In this document: piece by piece, positions 16,921 through 26,321 of the stretch
Numbering within the stretch: the stretch's first letter is position 1
Layout: each line of letters opens with the position of its first letter
Source: Coriobacteriia bacterium
GTDB taxonomy: Bacteria; Actinomycetota; Coriobacteriia; Anaerosomatales; PALSA-660
DNA: 64,000 bases
Reading direction: 5' to 3'
Assembly: GCA_036507895.1 (NCBI GenBank)
Contig: DATCIG010000013.1
Span: 26,573 to 90,572, forward strand
Notes under the pieces: generated by a model
The model's database searches: none
What the model was told of the DNA's origin: nothing
What the model saw: only the letters and a program-made list of their open reading frames with translations
Made by a program: the position numbers and the translations under genes

Positions 16921-19134
16921 CTACATACCCCGCTCGCGCATGTTCTTGACGATGAACGAGGCGACGTCGATACCGTGGGTCCGGCGCCCGAAGCCCGCGT
17001 CCATGCCCCACGAACGCGCAAGCTCGTCGGTGACCTGGGTCCCGCCGGCGATGAGCAGTACGCGATCGCGGATGCCCTTCTCACGGGCCAGGTCGGCGAG
17101 CTTCTCCATGTTGCGGCGGTGCATGTCCCCGTGCGTGATGATCGTGGAGAGCAGCACGATCTGCGCGCCATGCTCGATCGCGGCGTCCAGCAGCTTCTCA
17201 ACGGGCACCGACGTCCCGAGATGCGTGCAGGTGAAGCCCCACTTCTCGAGGCCGCCGTGCTTGATGTCGAGGATCTCGTACATGCCTACGGAGTGTTCGT
17301 CCATGCCGACCGTGGCGGCGACACAGCGCAGCCCACGCTCTGCCACGAACTCCCTGATCTCCTCGTCGGAGAGCGACTCGGGCGGCTCGGGGATGACCAG
17401 CGTCTTCGGGTCGATGGCGGTCGCCAGGGTGCCCTTGAGCTCGATGAGCGTGCCTTCGGCGGGGTGCATGACCTGTCGGTGGATGACCTCGCACTCGGTG
17501 AGGTTCATCGAACGGCCCAGCTCGAGCGCGGCGGCCTCGGCGACGCGCTGCCCGACCGGCAGGAACATGGTCACGACCACCACGCCGTCCCCCGCCCACT
17601 GCACCTCCGGCTTTATGAGGCCCTTCTCGCGCAGCTCGGCGGTGGCGGCCAGACGCACATCCACGTTGTCCTCGGGATCGAGCTCGTCGGTGTACGGCAC
17701 CTTGTCGTGGTCGCACAGCGTGCAGCCGCCGATGGGATCGCACGCTCGACCCGAGCCCTCGGGAAGGTGGTTCACGCCGAAGTGGTGGCACACGGGCGCC
17801 ATGTAGTCGCCGGCGCGCTCCACGATCGTCCCGACCGCCACGCCGCCTGCCGACTTCCGCACGATGCCGTCGTCATTGGTCTCCGGGTACTCGCCGGAGT
17901 CCACGAAGTACGCGTCTTCCACGGAGGCGAAGTACCCGCCGTCGCAAACCATCGCCTCGAGGAACAGCACCGCGCGTTCCTTGATCTCGCGCACGCGCGC
18001 CTTCAGCTCGGGGCTCTCGCGGTCGAGCTTGATCATGTCGCGCAGACCGTCCATGCCGACGAGAGACTGACGCGCCGTGTTGACCGCGTGCACGTTGTTG
18101 TAGTGCCACGGCACGTTGCGACCCTCGTCGGGCGTGATGGTCGACTGGATGTCCGCGCTAGTCAGCCGCGAGATCATCATGTTCATGACCTGCGAGACCG
18201 TGGCGTCGCGGCCGTCCGACTCCATGTAGCGGGTGTTCTGCTGGGCACGCATCTTGTATTCGCCGAAGAGGTCACGCAGTGCGACGGCGTACGGCAGGTC
18301 CATGCGCATGCAGGGTGCCGGCGACGCGTCGGGCGGCACGGTGGACAGCGCGATGTTCTCCTTCGCCATCCCGACGGAAACAGAGAAGGCGCAGTTGATG
18401 GCGTGCTGGACGAGCAGCTCGGGCATGACCTTCCACGCCTTCACCGCGGTCGCGTTCGCGTTGTGTGCGCCGTCGATCTGCAGCATGCCGACGGACCCCA
18501 TGACCAGCTTCGCCACGGCCGCGTCGACGAAGCTGCGGTACATGTTGATGTTGCGGTACAGCACGTTGTACTGCGGATCCTGGTGGGCGCCGTTGACGCC
18601 CTCCTCGGCGAACATGACGGCCATCTCGGGGCCGGCGACGCCGCTCACGTAGCTGTGGAAGTTGATCGGGCGGCCGACCTCATCCTCGATCAGGTCGAGT
18701 GCCTTGCGCGTGAGGCGCACCTGCTTGCGCGTGACGGCGATACCGCCCGTGCCTTCGGGGGTGCCCTCGATCAGTCCGTCGATGTGGCTCTGACCCGCAG
18801 TGCGGATGACCATCATATGGTCGGCCCCGTGCCACGCGGCCATGCGCATCCTACGAATGTCGTCCTCGACGCGACCGGACGCGATCTCGGTGGTGACGAC
18901 GCAGTCGGGCTGCGGGTCGATGTCGTCGAAGTAGTGCGCCGCCGGCAGTGGGATGCTGCGCTCCAGACCCTTCGAGGTCTCCTTGTAGTCGAACTCGTAG
19001 AGGTGCTGGTCCGGTACCTGCTCTCGCCAATGCCAGCCCGAGCGGCGGGGACGGTAGTGCTCCAGCCCCTCGAGCAGACCGGCGACGTCGAGCTTCTCAT
19101 TCGGATCCAGAGCGCGCATGTCATCGTTGCTCAC
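16921..19134 (-). CDS. oraE: D-ornithine 4,5-aminomutase large (E) subunit; PLP and AdoCbl binding
   Basis: Aminomutase TIM-barrel region plus a C-terminal B12-binding Rossmann domain with a DxHxxG motif (VGMDEHSVGM...GTSVP...LSTIITHGD). Start set to the GTG at 19134, which overlaps the oraS TGA (GTGA) and has GGGGAGG 6 nt upstream. The alternative ATG at 19119 has no SD. Confidence 0.9.
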   Translation of the reverse strand: MSNDDMRALDPNEKLDVAGLLEGLEHYRPRRSGWHWREQVPDQHLYEFDYKETSKGLERSIPLPAAHYFDDIDPQPDCVVTTEIASGRVEDDIRRMRMAAWHGADHMMVIRTAGQSHIDGLIEGTPEGTGGIAVTRKQVRLTRKALDLIEDEVGRPINFHSYVSGVAGPEMAVMFAEEGVNGAHQDPQYNVLYRNINMYRSFVDAAVAKLVMGSVGMLQIDGAHNANATAVKAWKVMPELLVQHAINCAFSVSVGMAKENIALSTVPPDASPAPCMRMDLPYAVALRDLFGEYKMRAQQNTRYMESDGRDATVSQVMNMMISRLTSADIQSTITPDEGRNVPWHYNNVHAVNTARQSLVGMDGLRDMIKLDRESPELKARVREIKERAVLFLEAMVCDGGYFASVEDAYFVDSGEYPETNDDGIVRKSAGGVAVGTIVERAGDYMAPVCHHFGVNHLPEGSGRACDPIGGCTLCDHDKVPYTDELDPEDNVDVRLAATAELREKGLIKPEVQWAGDGVVVVTMFLPVGQRVAEAAALELGRSMNLTECEVIHRQVMHPAEGTLIELKGTLATAIDPKTLVIPEPPESLSDEEIREFVAERGLRCVAATVGMDEHSVGMYEILDIKHGGLEKWGFTCTHLGTSVPVEKLLDAAIEHGAQIVLLSTIITHGDMHRRNMEKLADLAREKGIRDRVLLIAGGTQVTDELARSWGMDAGFGRRTHGIDVASFIVKNMRERGM

Positions 19135-19493
19135 AGCGCGCCTCCCCACTTGGCCTCGACCAGATCCCACCCGTCGCCCGCGGCCAACCCGGCCGCCGCG
19201 ATCGGGGCGTCGCATTCGAGCTCCTGCGAGCAGTACAGGACGATGTTGCCGGCGCCGTGCCCGAGCAGCCCGCGCTTCTCGCACTCCGCCACCACGGCCA
19301 TGCACGTCTGCGAGTCCACGCCCATGCGCATCAGGACGCTGCGCTCGATCGACGGGGATGTGTTGGTGCGGGCCAGCTCGACGAGCGGGTCGACGACCTG
19401 CTGCGCCAAGGACCAGAAGCGGGCCTCCAGCTGCTCGTCGGTCAGCTCCTGAAGATGTGCGCGAGCCTCTTTGAACGTGTCTTCACGAGCCAA
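19131..19493 (-). CDS. oraS: D-ornithine 4,5-aminomutase small (S) subunit
   Basis: 120 aa from the TTG at 19493, with AAGGAGG 6 nt upstream and 1 nt after the ortB stop. Sequence AREDTFKEARAHLQELTDEQLEARFW.... Its size and position between ortB and oraE fit OraS. The longer ORF part overlaps ortB. Confidence 0.8.
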   Translation of the reverse strand: MAREDTFKEARAHLQELTDEQLEARFWSLAQQVVDPLVELARTNTSPSIERSVLMRMGVDSQTCMAVVAECEKRGLLGHGAGNIVLYCSQELECDAPIAAAGLAAGDGWDLVEAKWGGAL

Positions 19494-19494
19494 G

Positions 19495-20907
19495 TCAGGC
19501 CTCCTTGAGTGCCGAAATGATCGCCTCGACCGTCGAGGCGTCGGTGTTCGTGTCGCTGGCGAGGAACTCGATGTCGTCGGTCGTCGGCGCGTAGCCTTCG
19601 CCGGCGTGCGCGAGCGCGTTGCGCACGTAGCTGCGCCGCATCTTGCCCATGTCGAAGTCCTTCGCACGGATCTGCTCCGGACGCTCCGGTATCACGATGC
19701 TCTTGCCCGGGACGCTCTCCGTCGGGTCGCCGAGTCGCACTTCGACCCCGTTGGCGCGGGCGAAGTTGAGCTGCGCCCAGTGGTGCTTGCCGGCACCCGT
19801 GTACTCGGTCTCCTGCACCACGACGGTCGCGTCGCGCGGCAGGTCGCGCGCCAGCGAGATCGCCGCGGCCATCGCAGTATTGCCCGACGGCCCGCGCTCG
19901 AGACCCTCGAGCTTGGCCATCGCCTCGGTGACGTAGAAGACCTCGCCCTGGGTGACGGTGAGATACCGGTCCATGTAGCGCAGTGCCCGTGCGGCGTTGC
20001 GCGGCACGTCCGCGCGGTCGGGCCAAGTCGCGAAGGGCACGCCGAAGCCCGTGTGGCCCGTCGTGAAGCTCTTGCGATTGAAGTCAGCGTCCGAGGCCAT
20101 GTGCAGGCCCGACAGGTCCACAGAGGCGCTCACGACCTGCGTCGAGGTCGCGCCCGCCCGCCGCAGCCCGCGCGCGGTGCCGGTGGTGTTGCCGCCGCCC
20201 GCGTGGGTGACCACCACGTGCGTGGGCGGTGCGCCGGTGAGCGCCGTCATCTCCTCGGCGAGTTCCCACCCGAGCGACTCGATGCCGGAGATACCGAAGG
20301 CGGAGTACAGCGATGCGGCGAGGTAGCCGGTGTCGTCGAGCAGTTCAAGCATGTGAGAGAAGAGCTCGGGACCCACGGAGAGCTGGATGACCTCGGCGCC
20401 GAACGCCTCGCAGATGCGGGACTTCTCGATGATCTCGGGCTGACCGACGTGGCGCGAGTCGAACGCCTCCTGGACGATGATGCAGTTGAGACTCGCGCGC
20501 GCGGCCTGGCTGGAGACGGCCGCGCCGTAGTTGCCGGACGTCGCGGCGATGACGCCGGCGTAGCCCTTCTCCTTGGCGACATGGATGCTGATGCTCGCGC
20601 GGCGGTCCTTGAACGATCCGGCCATGTTGGCGGCCTCGTCCTTCACGAACAGCCGCGCCCCACACCCCGGCTCGGCGTACGAGCGCACCAGGTCGGTGAG
20701 GTTGCGCAACTCGAGTAGCGGCGTCTTGCCGACACCTGCCACGAGCTGGATACCGATGATCTGCTCGAGCGAGTAGCCGTGAGCCGACATCATCGCCTCG
20801 TAGTCGAACGCGATGGGACTGCGCTCGAACTGCGCGTAGTCCATGCCCAGCGCCCGCTTCATGATCTCGCCCTTACGGGCGAGGATGGCCTCGGTCTTGC
20901 CTGCCAT
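19495..20907 (-). CDS. ortB: 2-amino-4-ketopentanoate thiolase beta subunit (PLP, Trp-synthase-beta fold)
   Basis: PLP-Lys motif (NMAGSFKDRRAS) and a glycine loop (ATSGNYGAA). 470 aa from the ATG at 20907, which follows the ortA TGA by 1 nt. Confidence 0.85.
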   Translation of the reverse strand: MAGKTEAILARKGEIMKRALGMDYAQFERSPIAFDYEAMMSAHGYSLEQIIGIQLVAGVGKTPLLELRNLTDLVRSYAEPGCGARLFVKDEAANMAGSFKDRRASISIHVAKEKGYAGVIAATSGNYGAAVSSQAARASLNCIIVQEAFDSRHVGQPEIIEKSRICEAFGAEVIQLSVGPELFSHMLELLDDTGYLAASLYSAFGISGIESLGWELAEEMTALTGAPPTHVVVTHAGGGNTTGTARGLRRAGATSTQVVSASVDLSGLHMASDADFNRKSFTTGHTGFGVPFATWPDRADVPRNAARALRYMDRYLTVTQGEVFYVTEAMAKLEGLERGPSGNTAMAAAISLARDLPRDATVVVQETEYTGAGKHHWAQLNFARANGVEVRLGDPTESVPGKSIVIPERPEQIRAKDFDMGKMRRSYVRNALAHAGEGYAPTTDDIEFLASDTNTDASTVEAIISALKEA

Positions 20908-20908
20908 G

Positions 20909-21232
20909 TCAGCCACCCGCCTTGCGGTAGGCGGCCAGGCGGGCACGCAGGTCGCGGCCTATGGCCGTGAGCTCCGGCGCCGGCCTGCCGAACGTGTGGA
21001 AGTAGCCGGGGTTGACCTCGGTCAGCGTCCCGGTCACGTCGCGGCCGGTCATCGTCTCGACCGAAACGGCCTCACCGACGGAGGCAGAGGCGCGCGCGAA
21101 ACCCTTCACCCACATGCGGAGTGGCTGGGCGGCGGTGTCCTCGGGCAGATTCGTCGCGCGATCGACGGGCTCGAGCAGCACGCGCTCGACCTCCACCCAA
21201 TCCCCCTCGGCACAGCGAGTCACATCGTCCAT
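20909..21232 (-). CDS. ortA: 2-amino-4-ketopentanoate thiolase alpha subunit
   Basis: 107-aa protein (GDWVEVERVLLEP...MWVKGF...GTLTEVNPGYFHTFG) between ord and ortB, matching OrtA in size and position. Confidence 0.75.
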   Translation of the reverse strand: MDDVTRCAEGDWVEVERVLLEPVDRATNLPEDTAAQPLRMWVKGFARASASVGEAVSVETMTGRDVTGTLTEVNPGYFHTFGRPAPELTAIGRDLRARLAAYRKAGG

Positions 21233-21245
21233 TTGTCGTCCGTCC

Positions 21246-22262
21246 CTAGGCCGTCGGTGACCAGAATCGAGGAAGCGGCATGTCCACCACGGTCACGATG
21301 CCGGGATTCGCCGCGCCGATGAGCGGGATGTAGTTGCCGATGCTCGCGTAGGTACCCTTGCCGCCCGGGACCTCCGGGGTGTTGGCGACGCTGATGTTCG
21401 GCTCGCCGATCACCTTGATGTAGTCGCCGGTCGTCACGCCCTCGAGGTCCGGGTGGATCTGCTGCGGGTGGACGAGCTCGATCTTGAGAACGCCCTTGCT
21501 GTAGGCCCGTGCGATGTGGCGGCAGCCAGCTACGTTGCCGGGGGCCACGTGCACATGCGGGGTGGAGCGCTCCACCGTGCTCACGATCGGCTCGCGGGTC
21601 TCGACGACCTCGTCGATCTCCCAGCCGAGCGCATAGCCGATCAGGCCGATGGACTCCTGGAACCCGATGTGGCCGACGATCGAGCCGTCGGCGATGCCGG
21701 CCTCGAACTGCTCGACCGTGGTGCCGACACCCTGGCTCGTCATGACTGTGGGCCCGAACGGCGAGAGGTCGTTGACCCGGGCGGCCTCGATCCGGTCGAT
21801 GCGGAGGCAGGCGGAGCTGAGCAGGATCGGCAGCGCGTCGAGGATGAAGCCGGGGTTGATGCCCGTGCCGAGGACGCTCACGCCGTGCTCGCGTGCGAGT
21901 GCGTCGACGCGATCGGCCCACGCTGCGTCGCTCGCCCACGGATACGACAGCGTCTCCGCGATGCCGATGACGTCAGCGTCCGCGCGGATGGCGGCCTCGA
22001 CCGGACCGGTGATCTCGTGAAGGTTGCTCGCGGTGAGCACGCACACGACGTCCGGCTTCAGCGCGAGCACGGCGTCGTGGTCCGCCGTGATGGCCACGTC
22101 ATGCTCGTAGTGCTCCCCGAGCAGACCCCCGAGTGTCATCCCGTGCTTCTCGGGGTGACGATCGATCACGCCTACGAGTTCGATATCGTTCGGGCGGTCG
22201 AGGATGTAGCGGAGCAGGCCCTGGCCCATCATGCCTGCGCCCCAAACGGCGACCTTGATCAT
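21246..22262 (-). CDS. ord: 2,4-diaminopentanoate dehydrogenase (NAD(P)-dependent, DapB-like fold)
   Basis: Rossmann N-terminus MIKVAVWGAGMMGQGLLRYIL. AAGGAGG SD before the ATG at 22262. First gene of the ord-ortAB-oraSE operon. Confidence 0.8.
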   Translation of the reverse strand: MIKVAVWGAGMMGQGLLRYILDRPNDIELVGVIDRHPEKHGMTLGGLLGEHYEHDVAITADHDAVLALKPDVVCVLTASNLHEITGPVEAAIRADADVIGIAETLSYPWASDAAWADRVDALAREHGVSVLGTGINPGFILDALPILLSSACLRIDRIEAARVNDLSPFGPTVMTSQGVGTTVEQFEAGIADGSIVGHIGFQESIGLIGYALGWEIDEVVETREPIVSTVERSTPHVHVAPGNVAGCRHIARAYSKGVLKIELVHPQQIHPDLEGVTTGDYIKVIGEPNISVANTPEVPGGKGTYASIGNYIPLIGAANPGIVTVVDMPLPRFWSPTA

Positions 22263-22594
22263 GCGGAGTCCTCCTTGGTGGCATACAGAATCACACGACT
22301 CCTATGCACGATACCTTCCCCGAAGCCGCGGTGACAGGGTCGAGCGGGGGGTGGCGTTCTTCGCGGCGCTTAACTGGGGACTCGGCGACCTACAAGCTCG
22401 GTGGCCATACATCGCGTACGCGGCCGTCGGCAACATCGCTTCCGCGACGGTGGGCGCTTTGTGGGTCGTGCTGCGTCGTCCGGTCGACCTCTGAGGAACC
22501 GTCCCCTACCTCGCGATCGTGGTGGTATTCGCCATCATCGGCGCGATCCAGGCTCGCCAATCGATCGAAGCATGACTAACGAGAACCTCTTCCG

Positions 22595-22969
22595 ATGAGC
22601 GCACTCGACGCATGGGAGCTCAAGCTGCTCGAAGGCTGGGAGGATGTCTTCAAGCGCGGGCAGCTGACATTCTGGGTCCTTCTCGCGCTGCGGGACGGCC
22701 CGAAGCACATGGCCGAGATCCGGCAATGGTTGACGGACATCGGCGACGGGGCGCTGACGGTCGAGGAACGGAGTCTGTACCGGGCGCTTCAGCGATTCCA
22801 CGACTCCGAGCTCGTGAAGAGCACCTCCGTCTCGGGGAATCGGGGGCCGGATCGCAAGGTGTACGAGCTAAGCCCCATCGGCGAGCGTGTTCTGGTCGCC
22901 TTCATCGAGCGCGACATCCGGCTGTTCCTCAGACCCGAGGTGACGCGCCTGCTCAAGTCACACACCTGA
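22595..22969 (+). CDS. PadR family transcriptional regulator
   Basis: PadR wHTH signature (FWVLLALRDGPKHMAEIRQWL...SLYRALQRFHDSELVKS...GPDRKVYELSPIGERVL). Confidence 0.85.
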   Translation: MSALDAWELKLLEGWEDVFKRGQLTFWVLLALRDGPKHMAEIRQWLTDIGDGALTVEERSLYRALQRFHDSELVKSTSVSGNRGPDRKVYELSPIGERVLVAFIERDIRLFLRPEVTRLLKSHT

Positions 22970-23084
22970 CTCGCGCGAGATCGTCGACCCAAGGCTTGGA
23001 ACTCGAGTGCCGCGACCGATCGCACGCTCGAAGTTGCGACGAAAGCGTTGGTGAAGATGCGACCATGCTGTTCGAACATGGAAT

Positions 23085-23660
23085 CTACGCTTGCCGCTCA
23101 TCCCGCATCGATCGCGGGGAAGCCCCCATCACGGGCGGCAATGCAGCGACCTCGTTCAGAACAACTGCACAACCGAGGACATAGATGGCCGCTGTGGCCG
23201 GCGCAGTGTAGGCATGCGACACCGACGGGCCCATCAACGCCGTCGCAGCAGCAACCACAGGAACCGCGATGCCGAGGAAGTAGTAGCCCCGGCTTTGATA
23301 GAGCCATCCGTATGGCAGAAAGTGCGAGCCGAACAACACGGCTAGCACGAACGGCAGCCACACAGGGAAGACCAGCATGCACAGGATGATGATCGGCCAA
23401 TAGAAGAGCTGAACGGCCGCAAGGATCCCCCCAAGATCGCTTAGGGGAGGCTCCTTGGCAAAGATGTCTCCCTTCAGTAGTCGCGAGATCAGAATGCCGA
23501 GCGGGAAGACCAGTCCCGTCCCAACCATGACCACGAAGCCCGCAGGCTTCGGCGGAACAAGAAGGAAGATGGCGCTGGCGGCGATCCAGAACGCCGCGCC
23601 TGCGATGGGCAGGCCTATGCCTTTCTTCGTGGCTGCTGCAAATCCTGCGCGATCGAACAT
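23085..23660 (-). CDS. Hypothetical integral membrane protein (5-6 TM)
   Basis: Hydrophobic segments throughout. GAAGGG SD 7 nt before the ATG at 23660. Convergent with padR. Confidence 0.6.
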   Translation of the reverse strand: MFDRAGFAAATKKGIGLPIAGAAFWIAASAIFLLVPPKPAGFVVMVGTGLVFPLGILISRLLKGDIFAKEPPLSDLGGILAAVQLFYWPIIILCMLVFPVWLPFVLAVLFGSHFLPYGWLYQSRGYYFLGIAVPVVAAATALMGPSVSHAYTAPATAAIYVLGCAVVLNEVAALPPVMGASPRSMRDERQA

Positions 23661-24104
23661 TGGATACCCTTCAGATCGGTCATCTCATCCTGACGTGTTG
23701 CGCATGAGCGGCGCTCGGGCGCTGTCGCCATGATCGTCCGCCCCAAGCCTGCTCACGCTGTCGGCGCGCTCGTCTGTCACTGTCGCACTACCAGCGTCGC
23801 GAGATCGCCCGCAATCTTGACGAGCACGCCAGCCGGAAGTATCGGCGCATGTTCGGCTGCAGCCCGGCGTCCAATCGAGCGGTCTCTATCGGCTAAGAGT
23901 TGCACCCGGTACTGCGCGCGAACGACAGCCAACAGCTTCCCTGTGGATCGAGCTGAGTCCGTTCGAGAAACCGCTAGAGAGACGCTCCGCTCGAGCCGAG
24001 CGCTTAGCCGTATGCCACGCCGTCGGCGCGGAGACCTTCAGTCAGGACGTGCTCACGGCACTGGCGCCGGAGAGACGGACGCCGTGACGGGCGATGCCCG
24101 TGCC

Positions 24105-24506
24105 TCAGGCCCGGCGCCACCAATTGAACCTCTTGCGGGCAACGACCGGTGCGGCTTCGACGGTCTCCACCGTCTCGGGACCGCGGCGCGGAGTCATCGC
24201 GCGGACCAGAGCGACGATGAGCCATGCGATCACGGCATAGACGACGATCGCGACGAGCGCGCTCCATTCGAAGACCTCGCCGTTGATCGTCTGGACGCCC
24301 AGGATCGCATTGAATGGTGCCATGAAGATGCCCGAGAGGTCGTGTATCCACTGCACGAACCCTGACTGGGTGTTCGCGCCGACCAGCAGCAGGAAGAACC
24401 TCACAAGCAGGAGCAGCTCGACCACGCCGAACACGAACAGCACGACGCGCGAGATCCACGATCCGACCGACTCGCGAGATCCGGAGTAGATGCGGGTTGC
24501 CGACAT
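24105..24506 (-). CDS. YggT-family-like small membrane protein
   Basis: MSATRIYSG...VVLFVFGVVELLLLVRFFLLLVGANTQSGFVQWIHDLSGIFMAPFNAIL...EWSALVAIVVYAVIAWL follows the YggT pattern. Internal ATG at 24506 with a GAAGGGGAG SD. Confidence 0.55.
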   Translation of the reverse strand: MSATRIYSGSRESVGSWISRVVLFVFGVVELLLLVRFFLLLVGANTQSGFVQWIHDLSGIFMAPFNAILGVQTINGEVFEWSALVAIVVYAVIAWLIVALVRAMTPRRGPETVETVEAAPVVARKRFNWWRRA

Positions 24507-24586
24507 GTCATGCTCCCCTTCGCGTTGGTCGATCGCCCAGTCCCCCTCCGTGGGCAAGCCACGGAGGGGGACTGGGCGATCCGGAC

Positions 24587-24730
24587 TCAGCCCCTGCGAC
24601 CCGTGATCAGGTTGTAGATGAGAACGATCACCGCGATAACGAGCAGAAGGTGGATCAGCCCGCCGCCGACATTCAACGAGAACCCCAGCAGCCACAAGAT
24701 GACCAAGATGACGAAGATGGTCCACAACAT
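24587..24730 (-). CDS. 47-aa two-TM membrane protein resembling the lmo0937 family
   Basis: Below the ORF-track size cutoff and found by hand: MLWTIFVILVILWLLGFSLNVGGGLIHLLLVIAVIVLIYNLITGRRG, then TGA. Confidence 0.6.
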   Translation of the reverse strand: MLWTIFVILVILWLLGFSLNVGGGLIHLLLVIAVIVLIYNLITGRRG

Positions 24731-24922
24731 GGGTTTGCCTCTCCCGAGCTCATTGACTCCCTGTCGATCGCACGAGACAGCAAGATCCGACTCGGCGTCA
24801 CTCCGTCTATACCCCGCCAGCGCGCCGAGCCACCGATGTCACCAGGGCACAGTGCCCGCCCCCGAACGGGCGCCATCGCGCTCTTCGTCCTTGGGGCCCT
24901 TGGGAAGTAGCCGCGGGCGCCC

Positions 24923-25804
24923 CTAGCCGGCCCGTTTCGGGACGAGTACCCCGACGGCACCCGGCACGACCGTCACGTCCACCGGTGTGAGACCCGCATC
25001 CTCACCGTCGGCGAGCACCGCCTGCGGGAGCGTCGTTTCCAGGTGGATCTCCTTGCCGCGCCACCGGCTCATCATGCGCGGCTGTTGCCCTTGCGCGGCG
25101 TCCGCGGCACTCCCGATCAGGCCCGGCAGATCGGCCCGCTGCACGACGACCACGTCGAGCAGCCCGTCGGAGACGCCCACGTCATCTGCGATCCGCAGTC
25201 CCGAGACCCCGGTGCTCGCCGAGTTGGCGACCAACGCGGCCAGCCCCTCGCACTCGACCGCCTTTCCGTCGATGATCATGGAGTAAGTGGTCATGGGCGC
25301 GTCCGAGATGGCCATGAGCCCGGTGAACGCGTATGCGAGCCAGCCGAAGCGATCCTTCATGTCCTTGGTCGCGGCACTCACCATCTCGGCCTCGAACCCG
25401 GTGGTCAGTCGGAGCACGAACCACCGTTTCCCCGAGCGTCCGACGTCTACCCGCCTGACCTCACCGGCATCGCCCACGGCCAGTGCGGCGGCCTCTGCGA
25501 GTCCGAGCGGGATGCCGAGGTCGGCCGCGAGTGCGTTGCCCGTGCCGCCCGGGAGCAGCAGGATCGGCGGCCCGCCCTCGGCCAGGCCTGATACGACCTC
25601 GGATACGCTGCCATCCCCGCCGTAGACGGCGACGAGATCGTAGCCCTCGTCGGCCGCTTGCCGAGCCGCGGCCACGCCGTCGCCGCTCTTGTGCGTAATG
25701 TCGACTTCCCAGTCGATCCCGGCGGGGCCGAAGACATCGTTGAGCACACTCAAGACGGGCTCGGCCTGGCCGGCCGCGGGGTTGATGATGACCTTCACGC
25801 GCAT
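24923..25804 (-). CDS. Diacylglycerol/lipid kinase family protein (YegS/DagK-like)
   Basis: MRVKVIINPAAG..., DLVAVYGGDGSVSEVV and LLPGGTGNALA are DAGK catalytic-domain motifs. Confidence 0.85.
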   Translation of the reverse strand: MRVKVIINPAAGQAEPVLSVLNDVFGPAGIDWEVDITHKSGDGVAAARQAADEGYDLVAVYGGDGSVSEVVSGLAEGGPPILLLPGGTGNALAADLGIPLGLAEAAALAVGDAGEVRRVDVGRSGKRWFVLRLTTGFEAEMVSAATKDMKDRFGWLAYAFTGLMAISDAPMTTYSMIIDGKAVECEGLAALVANSASTGVSGLRIADDVGVSDGLLDVVVVQRADLPGLIGSAADAAQGQQPRMMSRWRGKEIHLETTLPQAVLADGEDAGLTPVDVTVVPGAVGVLVPKRAG

Positions 25805-25832
25805 GTCCGCCGCCTCCTTGGAAGTACGAGCG

Positions 25833-26321
25833 TCAGGCCGTCGACGGCCTCTGCCGGTTGAGCCAGTCCTTCTCGAACGCGCGGATACGCCGCTCGATGT
25901 GCGGCGCGTGCGGGTCGGCCACGGGCCGATGCGCCACGATGAGGTCCATCGCCTCGTCAGCGGTCATTCCCCGGGCGATGAGGATGCACGCGGCCATCGC
26001 AACGCTGCGGTGGCGCCCGGCCCGGCAGTAGATGAGCACCTGCCCGCCGGCCGCCATCACCAGCACGGCAGCGGTGGCTCCCCGCCTCAGAAGGAACAGC
26101 GGGAGCGGAATCAGCGGGAAGTCCACCATCGGAAGCCACATCGAGTGGAACGGGGGTCTCCGAAGGACGCGCGTCGGCGCGAGCCAGATCGTGCTCAGGA
26201 TGAGGTCTATGCCCAGGTCGCGAACGTGCTCGACATGCCGTGCGTGGAGACGCGATGCGATGAAGAGCTGGTCCGTGATCTCCGAGACGTCGGAGACCGG
26301 AAGATCGGCAGGTTCGACCAT
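25833..26321 (-). CDS. Dual-specificity / Cys-based protein phosphatase
   Basis: CX5R(S/T) P-loop: VLIYCRAGRHRSVAMAACILIARG. Confidence 0.8.
   Translation of the reverse strand: MVEPADLPVSDVSEITDQLFIASRLHARHVEHVRDLGIDLILSTIWLAPTRVLRRPPFHSMWLPMVDFPLIPLPLFLLRRGATAAVLVMAAGGQVLIYCRAGRHRSVAMAACILIARGMTADEAMDLIVAHRPVADPHAPHIERRIRAFEKDWLNRQRPSTA

Noticed and set aside
23661-24104. A gap of about 440 bp with ORF 23730..24365(+) and a minus-strand frame reading ...AVSRTDSARSTGKLLAVFAAQYRVQLLADRDRSIGRRAAAEHAPILPAGVLVKIAGDLATLVVRQ
   Set aside because: Neither frame shows a recognisable family, start/SD context or convincing composition. It could be a decayed gene, but I cannot support a call without a database search (BLASTX of 23661-24104 would decide).
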